From Octopus vulgaris (Eukaryota): 64,000 nt of DNA. Positions 1-12,350 of this stretch are shown here, piece after piece (positions within the stretch are counted from its first letter, which is position 1; each line of letters opens with the position of its first letter). The notes below the pieces were generated by a model. The model had not been told where the DNA came from. It saw nothing but the letters and a program-made list of their open reading frames with translations, and did no database searches. The stretch spans positions 71,672,001-71,736,000 of the forward strand of contig OX597814.1 of the NCBI GenBank assembly GCA_951406725.2, written 5' to 3'. A program made the translations under genes and the position numbers.

Positions 1-859
1 GCCACCGACACAGGTGCCAGGTGAGGCTGGCGAACGGCCACGATCAGATGGTGTTTGTTGTGCCCACAGCACGGAGGCCAGTCGATGCGGTACCAGCTAC
101 GGCCACGTTCGGATGGTTTTCTTGTGTGCCACCGGTACTGGAACCACAAAGATACAAATTCCATTGATATTCATCTATTTTGATTTGGTTTGATTTGATT
201 TTCACTTGCCTCAACAGGTCTTCACAAGGGTCACACACTTGCCTCAACAGGTCTCCACAAGTGTCACACACTTGCCTCTGCCTCAACAGGTCTTCACAAG
301 TGTCACACACTTGCCTCAACAGGTCTTCACAAGTGTCATAAGAGGGAAGGTATGCACAGGTGGACTGACTACGTCGCCGGGTCTTCGGATGGTGTCTTTA
401 TGTGCCACCGGCACAGGTGCCAGATGAGGCTGGCGAACGGCCACGATCGGATGGTGTTTGTTGTGCCCACAGCACGGAGGCCAGTCGATGCGGTACTGGT
501 TACGGCCACGTTTGGGTGGTTTTCTTGTGTGCCACCGGCACTGGTACCACAAAGAATACAATTCCACTGATGTTCATCTATTTTGATTTGTTTTGATTTG
601 ATTTGATTTTCACTTGCCTCAACAGGTCTTCATAAGTGTCACAAGAAGGAAGGTATGCACAGGACTGACTACGTCCCAGGTCGGGGCCACGGGTTATGGC
701 CTGACTAGTCTTGCCGGGTCTTCTCATGCACAGCATACTTCCATAGGTCTCGGTCTCTAGACATTTCCTTAGTGAGACCTAAAGTTCGAAGGTCGTGCTT
801 CACCACCTCGTCCCAGGTTTTCCTGGGTCTACCTCTTCCACAGGTTCCCTCCACTGCTA
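1..859 (-). mobile_element. RTE-clade LINE 3' end (ORF C-terminus 705-859 plus internally repetitive 3' UTR)
   Basis: AVEGTCGRGRPRKTWDEVVKHDLRTLGL is near identical to the end of the 15055-15933 RTE ORF. The UTR has a ~405-bp duplication (1-240 vs 406-640) and cacttgcctcaacaggtc repeats. Confidence 0.85.
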
Positions 860-959
860 NNNNNNNNNNNNNNNNNNNNNNNNNNNNNNNNNNNNNNNNN
901 NNNNNNNNNNNNNNNNNNNNNNNNNNNNNNNNNNNNNNNNNNNNNNNNNNNNNNNNNNN

Positions 960-3587
960 CACTGGATGGTGACCATAGCTGAGAGCAATAGTCAAAGTGG
1001 CTTAGGACAAGTGTCTTCCAGAGGACCATCATGGTTTCTTGTTCTCTTGTTCTAAAGGTTCTAAGAATCCATCCAGCCAGCCGTCTACATTTCATTGCCA
1101 GTTTAGCAACATGTACATGAAAGGTCGCGTCATCACTCATGTGAATACCCAGGTCACGCACTGATTGTGCCTCTGGGATTGCAATCCCTCCGGGTCCAGT
1201 GTATTCCTTGGGTATTGCATTCAGTTTTGCATGCTGATAGTATAAAGCTTGAAAATTTTCAGCATTGAACTGCATGCTATTCTTTTCAGCCCACTTGTAT
1301 ATTTCGTCCAGCTCACATTGCAGGTGCTTAGTGTCTTCAGGGTTCTGTATTGCCTGTGAAACATTTGTATCATCTGCATAACTTGTGATCGTGGCTCTCT
1401 GCGTGGCTGAGGGCATGTCTGAGAGGGCCATTATGAACAGTAGTGGTCCCAAAAAAGTGCCCTGCGGAACACCGCTCACTATTTGCGTGTTAATGGAAGT
1501 GGCCCCATTGGCTGCTACCACCTGACTTCTATTCTTCAGAAAGTCATGAAGCCATTCTCCCAATTTTCCAACTATGCCAAGATCACGCAGTTTGTGACAT
1601 ATCATTCCATGATCGACTTTATCAAAGGCCTTTGCGAAGTCGAGATATATGACTCCCACATTTGAGTGGTTGAGCAGTTGTTTCAGCACCCATTCATAGT
1701 GTTGTAGGAGCTGAGTTAAGCAGCTTCTTCCTGGTCGGAAACCATGTTGGGTGTCGGGCAGCATGTTATTTTCTTCAAGGAAGGTGATTAGTTTCCTTCT
1801 GACTATTCGTTCCATGACCTTGCTGATGTGTGAGGTGAGAGAGATAGGTCTGTAGTTCTTGGCTTCTGCTCTGCTACCTCCTTTATGAATGGGGCATATT
1901 TTACCTTCCTTCAGTTTTTTTGGAAGTTTGCCAGCTGCAAGGAAGCTCTGAAAGAGGATCTGCAGTGGTCTTGCTAGGATTCTCTTACGTACTTTTAGGA
2001 GGATTGCCGGGAATCCATCGGGGCCAATAGCTGAGTCTGTTTTCATTTCATCTATGGCCTTTATTACATCATCTTCCTTTATATCGATGTAATTTATCGT
2101 CGCCGCCTCTGATTTTATATCTGCAGTGGTAAAGAAGTCAGTTGGATTGGTGATTTGGAGATGCCCAAGGGGTGGAGTGAAAACACTCTTGAATTGCTCA
2201 TTCAGTATTTCACTTACCCTCATTGGTTTTCCTGTGAGTGTGCCATCCTTTTCAAGGAGTGGCCCTATCCTACAGTGCAACGTAGCTGTTTCTTTGGCAT
2301 ACCTGTAGAAGGCTCTGGGGTTAGATTTTATGTTGTCTATAGCCAGGCTTCTTTGTCTGCTCTTTCCTTTTCATGGGAGAGTTGCAGACATTTTTCAATT
2401 TCCAACAGTTTTATTTTCAGGCGGGACTTTTCACTGCTTTCAATCTGTTTGTTTAGGCGATTTGAAATTTTTGTACGCCGTCTCATTAAAATTTTCCTCT
2501 CTCTGGAGATTTTGTTCTTGTGTACAGTGGGCTTTCTCTCTGGGACACATTTGTAGCATATGGCTTGCGCTACAGACATGAATTGTTGAAGTTTCACGTC
2601 GATGTCTGGCGAGGAGAGACATTTAGGCCAGTTTTGTTTGAGGATCTCTTTCTCAATTTGTTTCCAGTTTGCCTTATGGTAGTTCAAGCTGGAAAGATTT
2701 TGAGGGTTTCTTGTAGGCTGCATGTCCGTGCTCTCTTTTGGCCCGTACATGGTCAGCTCTACCATGTTGTGATCCGAGAGTAGTGTCGGTGTCACTTTCA
2801 CATTATGGATGAGATCCATATTATTTGTGAAGCAGAGATCCAGTGTGTTACCTGCCCTGGTTGGTTGGAGTATTACTTGCTCCATGTACAGGGTGTTGAT
2901 GAGGTTCAGGAGGGACCTCGCCTGTCCTCGTTCACATCTTGTCATTCCTGGGAGAGAAAGGCCCTCGGGCCATCTGACATTGGGTAGATTGAAGTCTCCC
3001 ATAAGAAGTACACTTATGTGTTGTTCTAATGTGATTAGAACTTCTTCTATTTTTATAAGGCAGTCTTCAAACTTGCCTACATGGCTTGGGGCATCTGGAG
3101 GGCGATATGTAGCACACATAACTACATCAAGTTGCCTTATATGTACAATTAGTGTGTCACACACCGAGTTTGAGTATGACAAAAGGACCTGGGGTGTGAG
3201 GTCCTCACGGATGTACATAGCAACTCCTCCATGACTCCTTTCTTTTCTGTCGGTCCGTAGTACAACATACTGTGGTATGTGTAATTCCGCATCTGCTATG
3301 TCCGGTTTCAGGTGCGTTTCCGTTAGTGCTATGCATATGGCTTGATTGCATGCGACAAAGTCTCTCAAGAACGGGATTTTTGTCCTGTTACTGAGTGTTT
3401 GCAGTCCTCTGATGTTCAGTAGGAGCATCGAGGTGAGGTGTATGTTGTTGCCGGCGGTGTCCATCTTGGGTCTGTTTGCTGTGGTGGTCTTGTATATTGT
3501 GGGTAGTCCCACCTGCGAGCTTGGGTTTGATGAAGCCAGGTCAGCTGCTGTACAATCTTTTGTGCCATGCACAAAAAAGATTCTTGC
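960..3587 (-). pseudogene. LINE ORF2 (APE endonuclease + reverse transcriptase), 1-bp frameshift near 2345
   Basis: LLNIRGL, LTETHL, YRPP, GDFNLP, LDLCF, SDHN; NYRPISLTS, QHGFRPGRSC, YLDFAKAFDKVDH, SGVPQG, YADD. Reads agccagg where other copies read agcccagg. Confidence 0.9.
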
Positions 3588-4306
3588 TCAGCAGCTGCCC
3601 TTTCAACATCATGTTGGCGGTTTGTGGTACGCACCACATCTGCGTACCTCCGTTTTGGGGCAGGTGGTGTGTGGTCCATCCCTTTTCCTTTCGGTGGTTG
3701 GTTTCTGCGGCAGGGTCCCGGATGTGCAAAGCGGCAGCCTGCACCTTCCTCTCCATGCCGGCAGGCACCTCTCATGTAGAACCTACATACCCGTGTGCGC
3801 TGCTTGTTTCCATCCTTTTTTGCATATGGATAGTTAGGTTTGCTTCTATCTTTGACTGTTTCGTTTTTTGGTTTTGCCTGAGTTTTAGTTTTACTTTTGC
3901 CTACTTTTTTGGTTCTTTCATCTCCATGTCCATGGCTTTTGGTGCTGGTAGGAGCACCCGCACTTGGGTTTACCTCCCGGGCAGGTTTCTCACTGGAGTT
4001 TTTTTCCTGGGCGTCTACCAGGTGGGGGTGACCTTTATCATCAGTGCCCGCGTCTCCATCCTTGCCATCTTTACTTTGTTCGCGTTTTTCGCTGTCAAAG
4101 ATGGCATCCAGCGTGTTAATGTGTGATCTGACAAGTGCGTAGGAGCGTATAAATTCTTGCTTCTTCCGCTCTATTTGAGCTAACGTCCTTTTGTATCCGC
4201 TGCTCTTCAGCGCAGCCGTAATTATGTTATTTGGATTTTCTCCGTCAGCGCATCGCCATCCTCTTAGGAACAACGCCAGTTCATCACTTTCCCAGGTTCT
4301 GGACAT
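3416..4306 (-). CDS. LINE ORF1, 296 aa: Myb/SANT(trihelix)-like N-terminus, low-complexity linker, CCCH zinc finger
   Basis: Intact ORF. TWESDELALFLRGW...LKSSGYKRTLAQIERK fits the trihelix pattern W-x3-E...G-x2-RT-x2-Q-x3-K. CRFYMRGACRHGEEGAGCRFAH is CCCH-like. Confidence 0.75.
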   Translation of the reverse strand: MSRTWESDELALFLRGWRCADGENPNNIITAALKSSGYKRTLAQIERKKQEFIRSYALVRSHINTLDAIFDSEKREQSKDGKDGDAGTDDKGHPHLVDAQEKNSSEKPAREVNPSAGAPTSTKSHGHGDERTKKVGKSKTKTQAKPKNETVKDRSKPNYPYAKKDGNKQRTRVCRFYMRGACRHGEEGAGCRFAHPGPCRRNQPPKGKGMDHTPPAPKRRYADVVRTTNRQHDVERAAAEQESFLCMAQKIVQQLTWLHQTQARRWDYPQYTRPPQQTDPRWTPPATTYTSPRCSY

Positions 4307-4539
4307 TCTTGATATTTTATTTATCTATCTATCTATCTAATTATATTAATTTATATTAATCTAATAGTACAATAGGGAGCAGGGAAGAAATAGAGAAAGA
4401 GAGCGTCTATGTACTTAAGGAGAGATTGGGAGCCGAAAGAAGAGAGTAAGAGAGAAGAGGAAGAGGAGAGATTGAGAGATTAAGAGCTGAAAGAGGAGAG
4501 TAAGAAAAGAAGGGAGTAATGAAGAGACAAGGAGAAGCG

Positions 4540-5075
4540 TGAGGGAGAGAACTGAGGAGACAGAGAGAGAAGGAAGAAATAGAGAAAGAATATATATATC
4601 TGTCCGCAGAAGATTTCTAAACGAAACTAATTGCACACACAAACAGCTAAATAAAACACAAATATATACACATGTATACATATATATATATATACATACA
4701 GATATATACACACGTGTGCACATACATATATATAAACAAGAATAACAAATAGAGAACTAAAGAGACAGAGAGAGAAGGAAAAAATAGGGAAAGAAATATA
4801 TATATATCTGTCCGCAGAAGATTTCTAAACGAAGCTAATTGCACACACACATATACATATGTATACACACATATACATACACATATATACACACGTGTGC
4901 ACATACACATATATAAACAAAAGTAACAAATGAGTGTATAAAGAAAAATAAAAAAAGCTAAAAGAAAACAAGCCAAGAGATTTTTACAGAATGTAAACAG
5001 AGAAAAAGAGAAAAAGAAAATATATATTTGTCCGTCGCTACAGACAATTTTTTCTAAACTAAACTAATTGCGACT
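4540..5075 (-). repeat. ~205-225 bp tandem monomers (about 2.5 copies) upstream of ORF1 (5'UTR)
   Basis: atatctgtccgcagaagatttctaaacgaa..taattgcacacac recurs at ~4596 and ~4804, and degenerately at ~5025. Confidence 0.7.
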
Positions 5076-5179
5076 ATACTTCTAACACACATATACATAT
5101 ACATACAAATATATACACACATGTGCGCATACACATATATAAACAGAGTAACAAATAATACATAAAAAATAGATATAAC

Positions 5180-6280
<1,101 letters not shown>

Positions 6281-6613
6281 GATTGATTGATTGATTGATT
6301 CTAGTTTCAGCTTATGAGCTGTGGCCATGCTGGGGCACCGCCATTTGGTGTTGCTACTTGGTTTCACTTCATGGAGGCTTTCTAGCAACTGCTATTTGGT
6401 GCATGAGAGAGTTCGATGCAGCTGCCCTCATCTGCCCCTCCTGCCGTGAGGTTGGTTCATCTGGGACACCTGACAGGAAGAGATCCAGCTCCATTTTAAA
6501 GACATCTGTATCCACCCCATGCAGGTCTCTCAGGTTCTTCGGGAGGATATTGAAGAGCTGTGGGCCTCGGAAGCCCAGGCTATCACAGAATCTTGTCCTA
6601 CATCTTGATGGCA

Positions 6614-6617
<4 letters not shown>
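6281..6617 (-). mobile_element. 5'-truncated subfamily A LINE (ORF2 end, 3'UTR, (AATC)n tail) inside (TA)n
   Basis: Matches 52985-53305; gattgattgattgatt tail; TA runs on both sides. Confidence 0.9.
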
Positions 6618-6675
<58 letters not shown>

Positions 6676-6680
<5 letters not shown>

Positions 6681-7803
6681 AAAGGGCTTAGTAAAATAAA
6701 TTACTTTGCCACATACTGAACTCATTAGAAATAGCAGCTAAAAAAACTTTTTTAAAACTATTTCTAATACTTAAAGAAAATCTCTCTCATATAGTGTTTG
6801 CTCAATTCAACTCACGAAAGTATGGGGGTAAAGACATTAAAAAATCAAATGCAAAGGTTATTTGAGAACGTACGTTTCAAGATTAGTCAACTCGACATTT
6901 CTATCATCAGCTCAGAACTCCTTGGTTTGGATTTGAAAACACTGAAAGTGGGAGCATACCCTTTCGGCTTCTTATCGCTTCTGAAGATCTGCTCGAAACT
7001 AACAGTGCCAGCAAAGCCAAGATATGCAAGCGAAGAATTTCTGCTCCCCTTTCCACCAGCGTGGGTTAAAATCAGTAAACACTATGCTTTTTCGGTAAAA
7101 TCCGAAGCATTAAATAGAGAGAGATGAATTATAATTTCAACAATTGAGGGTAAAATTAATTAATTATTAATCAATTTCACCAAGTATTCAGTATGTAAAG
7201 GGACCATTTAAGGCGAATTCAAATTATTTCATTTTATATAAAAGGGCTTAGTAAAATAAATTACTTTGCCACATACTGAACTCATTAGAAAAAGCATAGT
7301 GTTTACTGATTTTAACCCACGCTGGTGGAAAGGGGAGCAGAAATTCTTCGCTTGCATATCTTGGCTTTGCTGGCACTGTTAGTTTCGAGCAGATCTTCAG
7401 AAGCGATAAGAAGCCGAAAGGGTATGCTCCCACTTTCAGTGTTTTCAAATCCAAACCAAGGAGTTCTGAGCTGATGATAGAAATGTCGAGTTGACTAATC
7501 TTGAAACGTACGTTCTCAAATAACCTTTGCATTTGATTTTTTAATGTCTTTACCCCCATACTTTCGTGAGTTGAATTGAGCAAACACTATATGAGAGAGA
7601 TTTTCTTTAAGTATTAGAAATAGTTTAAAAAAAGTTTTTTTAGCTGCTATTTCTAATGAGTTCAGTATGTGGCAAAGTAATTTATTTTACTAAGCCCTTT
7701 TATATAAAATGTAATAATTTGAATTCGCCTTAAATGGTCCCTTTACATACTGAATACTTGGTGAAATTGATTAATAATTAATTAATTTTACCCTCAATTG
7801 TTG

Positions 7804-7810
<7 letters not shown>
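6676..7810. mobile_element. Fold-back element 1 (Penelope pLTR/retrozyme-like), inverted arms
   Basis: 6676-7093 is the reverse complement of ~7290-7706 (the ORF track shows the same spurious peptide on both strands). 7130-7290 is mirrored at 7650-7810. Flanked by (TA)n. Confidence 0.85.
7467..7518 (+). ncRNA. Type I hammerhead ribozyme motif (mirror copy 6863-6914, minus strand)
   Basis: TGAG-CTGATGA-[tAGAaatGTCgagttGACtaaTCTt]-GAAA-CGTACG-TT-CTCA; palindromic stem III, predicted GUU site. Confidence 0.7.
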
Positions 7811-7848
<38 letters not shown>

Positions 7849-7849
<1 letters not shown>

Positions 7850-7985
7850 CGGAGATGTACTCGCATAGCAAGTAATTTGATCTGAGATCGTGTGCTGAAA
7901 CGAAAACAATTGCAGCGTGGGAGTGAATCGAACGGCTTTTGTGTGTTTCTTAAATGGCTTATAAACACCTCCCACGCTGCAATTG

Positions 7986-8059
<74 letters not shown>

Positions 8060-8630
8060 ATTGCAGCGTGGAAGGTGTTTATAATCCATTTAAGAAACAC
8101 ACAAAAGCCGTTCGATTCACTTCAACATTTAAGTTTAATTTGTCAAAATATTTTCGTCGCTAAAATCCGCGACCTGTTTACTGACAACGTCCGTGCTGCA
8201 TCTAAGAAAGTAACAGTTAGTTCGTCATATATATGTACGTATGTATGTGTGTATGTATGCATACATGTGTGTATGTATGTACGTATGCATGTACGCACAT
8301 ACGCCTGTGTATGCATGTATGTATGTATGTATGTATGTATGTATGTATGTATGTATGTATGTATGTATGTATGTGTGTGTGTGTGTATATGCACGCACAT
8401 ACACTCTATAAAACATAAAGCTATAAACCTGTAGCGATGGATGGATGTAGAGTGACCACTCATCACAAAGCTATCAAATTTCAACTTCCTCCGGCCGAAG
8501 CTAGAAAGTGAATTTATGACGCTTACTCCCAAAACTATACCCTAAAATCTATTATCAGATTTTTATCTCTATATCACAGAACTAATGTTTTACTATTGTG
8601 CGTATGTATGTATGTGCGTATGTATGTATG

Positions 8631-8664
<34 letters not shown>

Positions 8665-10117
8665 TGTATGTATGTATGTATGTATGTATGTATGTATGTA
8701 TGTATGTGTGTATGTATGTGTGTATGTACATACGTACGCATGTGCGTATGTATGTATACGCGCTCGTGTGCATGTGCCCATGTATGTGTGTGCGTACATG
8801 TACGTGCGTATGTACGTGTGTATGCCCATACGTAGGTATGTATGTATGTTTGTATTCATGTGCTACGTATGTATGTGAGTGTCTAGGAGAATGGGCAGAT
8901 GTGTCTGTGAGAGTGTGTACATGTGTGTGCGTACATGTACGTGCGTATGTACGTGTGTATGCCCATACGTAGGTATGTATGTATGTTTGTATTCATGTGC
9001 TACGTATGTATGTGAGTGTCTAGGAGAATGGGCAGATGTGTCTGTGAGAGTGTGTACATGTGTATGTGTATGTGAACGTATGTCCGTGTACTGGCATGTG
9101 TCCGTCCAAGTTGTGTACATGACTGTTACTTTGCTGAAGGTTGTATACATATTTACATATATGTTTGTATAGACGCACACACACATATATATATGTGTGT
9201 GGGTGTGTGTTTGTTCCTCTCATCATCGTCTAACCGTGAATGGATACAACGCCCTGGTGCAACTGTTCGTATCAAACAACGTCTGCTCATACCGTTGTAT
9301 ATAACTGCACATACGCGTTGCTACCCGTATGTAAGGACTACAGGTAAAAGGTAGAGAGAGAGAGGGGTGGTTATAGAATAGTCCTTCTGAATGGGATCTG
9401 GGTGTTATTCCATTCGGACTTTCGGTTGAGAGTAGGTTTGTATTCTTGTATACAAACAGCTTCTGTGACCTGTCTCATCATTGCATATGTGGGGTGTGTT
9501 GATAGGATGTTCAACATACATACGCACAATAGTAAAAAAAAAGTTCTGTAATATAGAGATAAAAATCTGATAATAGATTTTAGGGTATAGTTTTGGGAGT
9601 AAGCGTCATAAATTCACTTTCTAGCTTCGGCCGTAGGAAGTTGAATTTTGATAGCTTTGTGATGAGTGGTCACTCTACATCCATCCATCGCTACAGGTTT
9701 ATAGCTTTATGTTTTATAGAGTGTATGTGCGTGCAGATACACACACATACATATATACATACATACATATATACATACATACATACATACATACATACAT
9801 GCATACACAGGCGTATGTGCGTACATGCATACGTACATACATACACACATGTATGCATACATACACACATACATACGTACATATATATGACGAACTAACT
9901 GTTACTTTCTTAGATGCAGCACGGACTTTGTCAGTGAACAGGTCGCGGGTTTTAGCGACGAAAATATTTTGACAAATTAAACTTAAATGTTGAAGTGAAT
10001 CGAACGGCTTTTGTGTGTTTCTTAAATGGCTTATAAACACCTTCCACGCTGCAATTGTCTTCGTTTCAGCACACGATCTCAGATCAAATTACTTGCTATG
10101 CGAGTACATCTCCGTAA
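7849..10117. mobile_element. Fold-back element 2 (~2.3 kb) with long terminal inverted arms and (TATG)n
   Basis: 8058-8600 is the reverse complement of 9526-10053; 7849-7920 is the reverse complement of 10045-10117. Confidence 0.85.
9927..9976 (+). ncRNA. Hammerhead motif with G3-C8 variant core (mirror copy 8139-8187 minus strand, with G5A)
   Basis: TTTGTCA-GTGAACA-g-GTCGC-gggtttta-GCGAC-GAAA-ATAT-TT-TGACAAA. Confidence 0.65.
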
Positions 10118-10224
10118 TATGTATNNNNNNNNNNNNNNNNNNNNNNNNNNNNNNNNNNNNNNNNNNNNNNNNNNNNNNNNNNNNNNNNNNNNNNNNNNNN
10201 NNNNNNNNNNNNNNNNNNNNNNNN

Positions 10225-10957
10225 TTAATTTTATAAACAATGTCAGTATATTCATATATCATACAGTTAATATAGATACTTCAGTCTTATTCTGCATACA
10301 CATATATATATATATATAGGTAACAAACACATGCATATACATATATACATACGTATAAACATACACTAATACATATATAGAATTTTTTTCTTTTCATCAT
10401 ACAAAAAATATATGTATATACATACGTATTATATATTATGTGCACTAGAGTTCACAGACTAAGAGATAAGAGATAAGCCATTGCGAGCTATGCTTACGTT
10501 ATTATTAATATAATATTTCAGTGGTTTAAAATCTTACGGGGATTGGGGAGAGATTATTATCAATCCTAAGCTAAATGGTCAGATACAACTAATTTTTGTA
10601 TTTATAACGGTAATAAAATATGCAAGTATAGCTAATAAACGAATTTAATTGTGAAAGTGTAATAACTAATGTAAAGTGAATTTAATGATTCACATTGTAT
10701 TAACATGGTATTTATATGGTGGATTTGATTTTTTTTATCTATCGAAAGATTTTTTCAATTTTTTTCCAAAATTTTGTCAAATATGTAATTCAAACTTTTT
10801 ATATCTATCGAAAGTTTTTTTCTAAATCTTTTCCAATTTTTGCCAAATATGTGATTCAAATGTAATACCCATTTAGGCCACTAAATAAATATTAAGAAAT
10901 CGCATAGTTTTTACATTAAATGGAATGTAATATTATTATTTTATTTTATTGGTTATT

Positions 10958-10997
<40 letters not shown>

Positions 10998-11409
10998 GGT
11001 GTATATATGTATATATATATATATGTGTGTATGTATATATGTATTTGTGTATATATACATATATATGTGTATATGCGTATGTATGTTTGTATGTATGTGT
11101 ATCTTAATAAACCAACCGTAACTAAGACAAAGAAATTCAAATGTGTTAACCAATTAGATTTAGCTTAGGATTGATAAAAATCTCTCCCCAATCCACGTAA
11201 GATTTTAAACCACTGAAATATTATATTAATAATAATGTAAGCATAGCTCGCAATAGCTTATCTCTTATCTCTTAGTCTGTGAACTCTAGTGCACATAATA
11301 TATAATACATATGTATATACATATCTTTTTTGTATGATGAAAAGAAAAAAATTCTATATAAGTATTAGTGTATGTTTATATGTATGTATGTATATGCATG
11401 TGTTTGTTA

Positions 11410-11475
<66 letters not shown>

Positions 11476-11757
11476 CAGAATAAGACTGAAGTTTCTATAT
11501 TAACTGTATGATATATGAATATACTGACATTGTTTGTAAAATTAATGTGCTTGCATCTTTCATAAACATCTGTCTATATATTATACTATATTCTATGTTT
11601 TATATTTCATTTACTATGTATTGTGAAAAGCAGAATGCACATAATCTAATATTAATAATAGTAATAATATTTGTAATGTAATGAACATTGTTTATGTATT
11701 CATGGATATGGATGTATATGTATATTCCAGTATATATAATTGATTATCTATAACCTG

Positions 11758-11814
<57 letters not shown>

Positions 11815-12350
11815 CTTATGTATATATATATCCAAATGTGCGTGTATTTTGTTTCATATTTATATTTATATTTTTATAATTGTATCTTATCTCTGACAAG
11901 ACCTTAAGATATTTATATAAGTACCTCATTTTTAAGTGCATATTACCTCAATACATTTGACTAATATAGGCAGAATGAGATACTTTTATCTTTGGGCTGA
12001 AAAAGCTGTAAGGACCATTTTATGTGTATTGTTCTTATGGTATTATTAATTTGCATATTGATGTATATTGTTTTGTTCGATTTGGATGTTCCTATTTATA
12101 TAGTTAATAAATAATATGAAATGGTAATATCTGTAAGCTGATGATTGAAATGAATTTGTTCCGCCATTTTCTTCTTTGTATCATGAATTTATGGTAAAAT
12201 ATTTTACCTTCGCCCATCCGATACAATAAATGAATTAATTGCATTGCAATTATAAGCATTTATGTATTTGGCATTTGGGTGCTTCGCCAGCAGTATATTG
12301 GATAACTGATATCCCATAGTGGGTTACCCTCATAACCCCCATCTTACTTT

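Larger units (their letters stand above)
960..5075 (-). mobile_element. CR1/L2-group LINE, subfamily A, copy 1 (5'UTR, ORF1, ORF2; 3' end lost in gap)
   Basis: APE and RT motifs; highly similar to 39403-43060 and 52978-55968. Confidence 0.9.

Noticed and set aside
200-340. CRISPR-like short direct repeats
   Set aside because: No unique spacers and no cas genes; internal tandem repeats of a eukaryotic RTE 3'UTR
829-995. ORFs spanning N gaps (also 30208..32124 and 55795..56180)
   Set aside because: Chimeric across 100-N scaffold gaps; the flanks belong to different elements
6798-7583. Two identical ~100-aa ORFs on opposite strands
   Set aside because: By-product of the inverted repeat; non-ATG start, no motif, and antisense to the hammerhead
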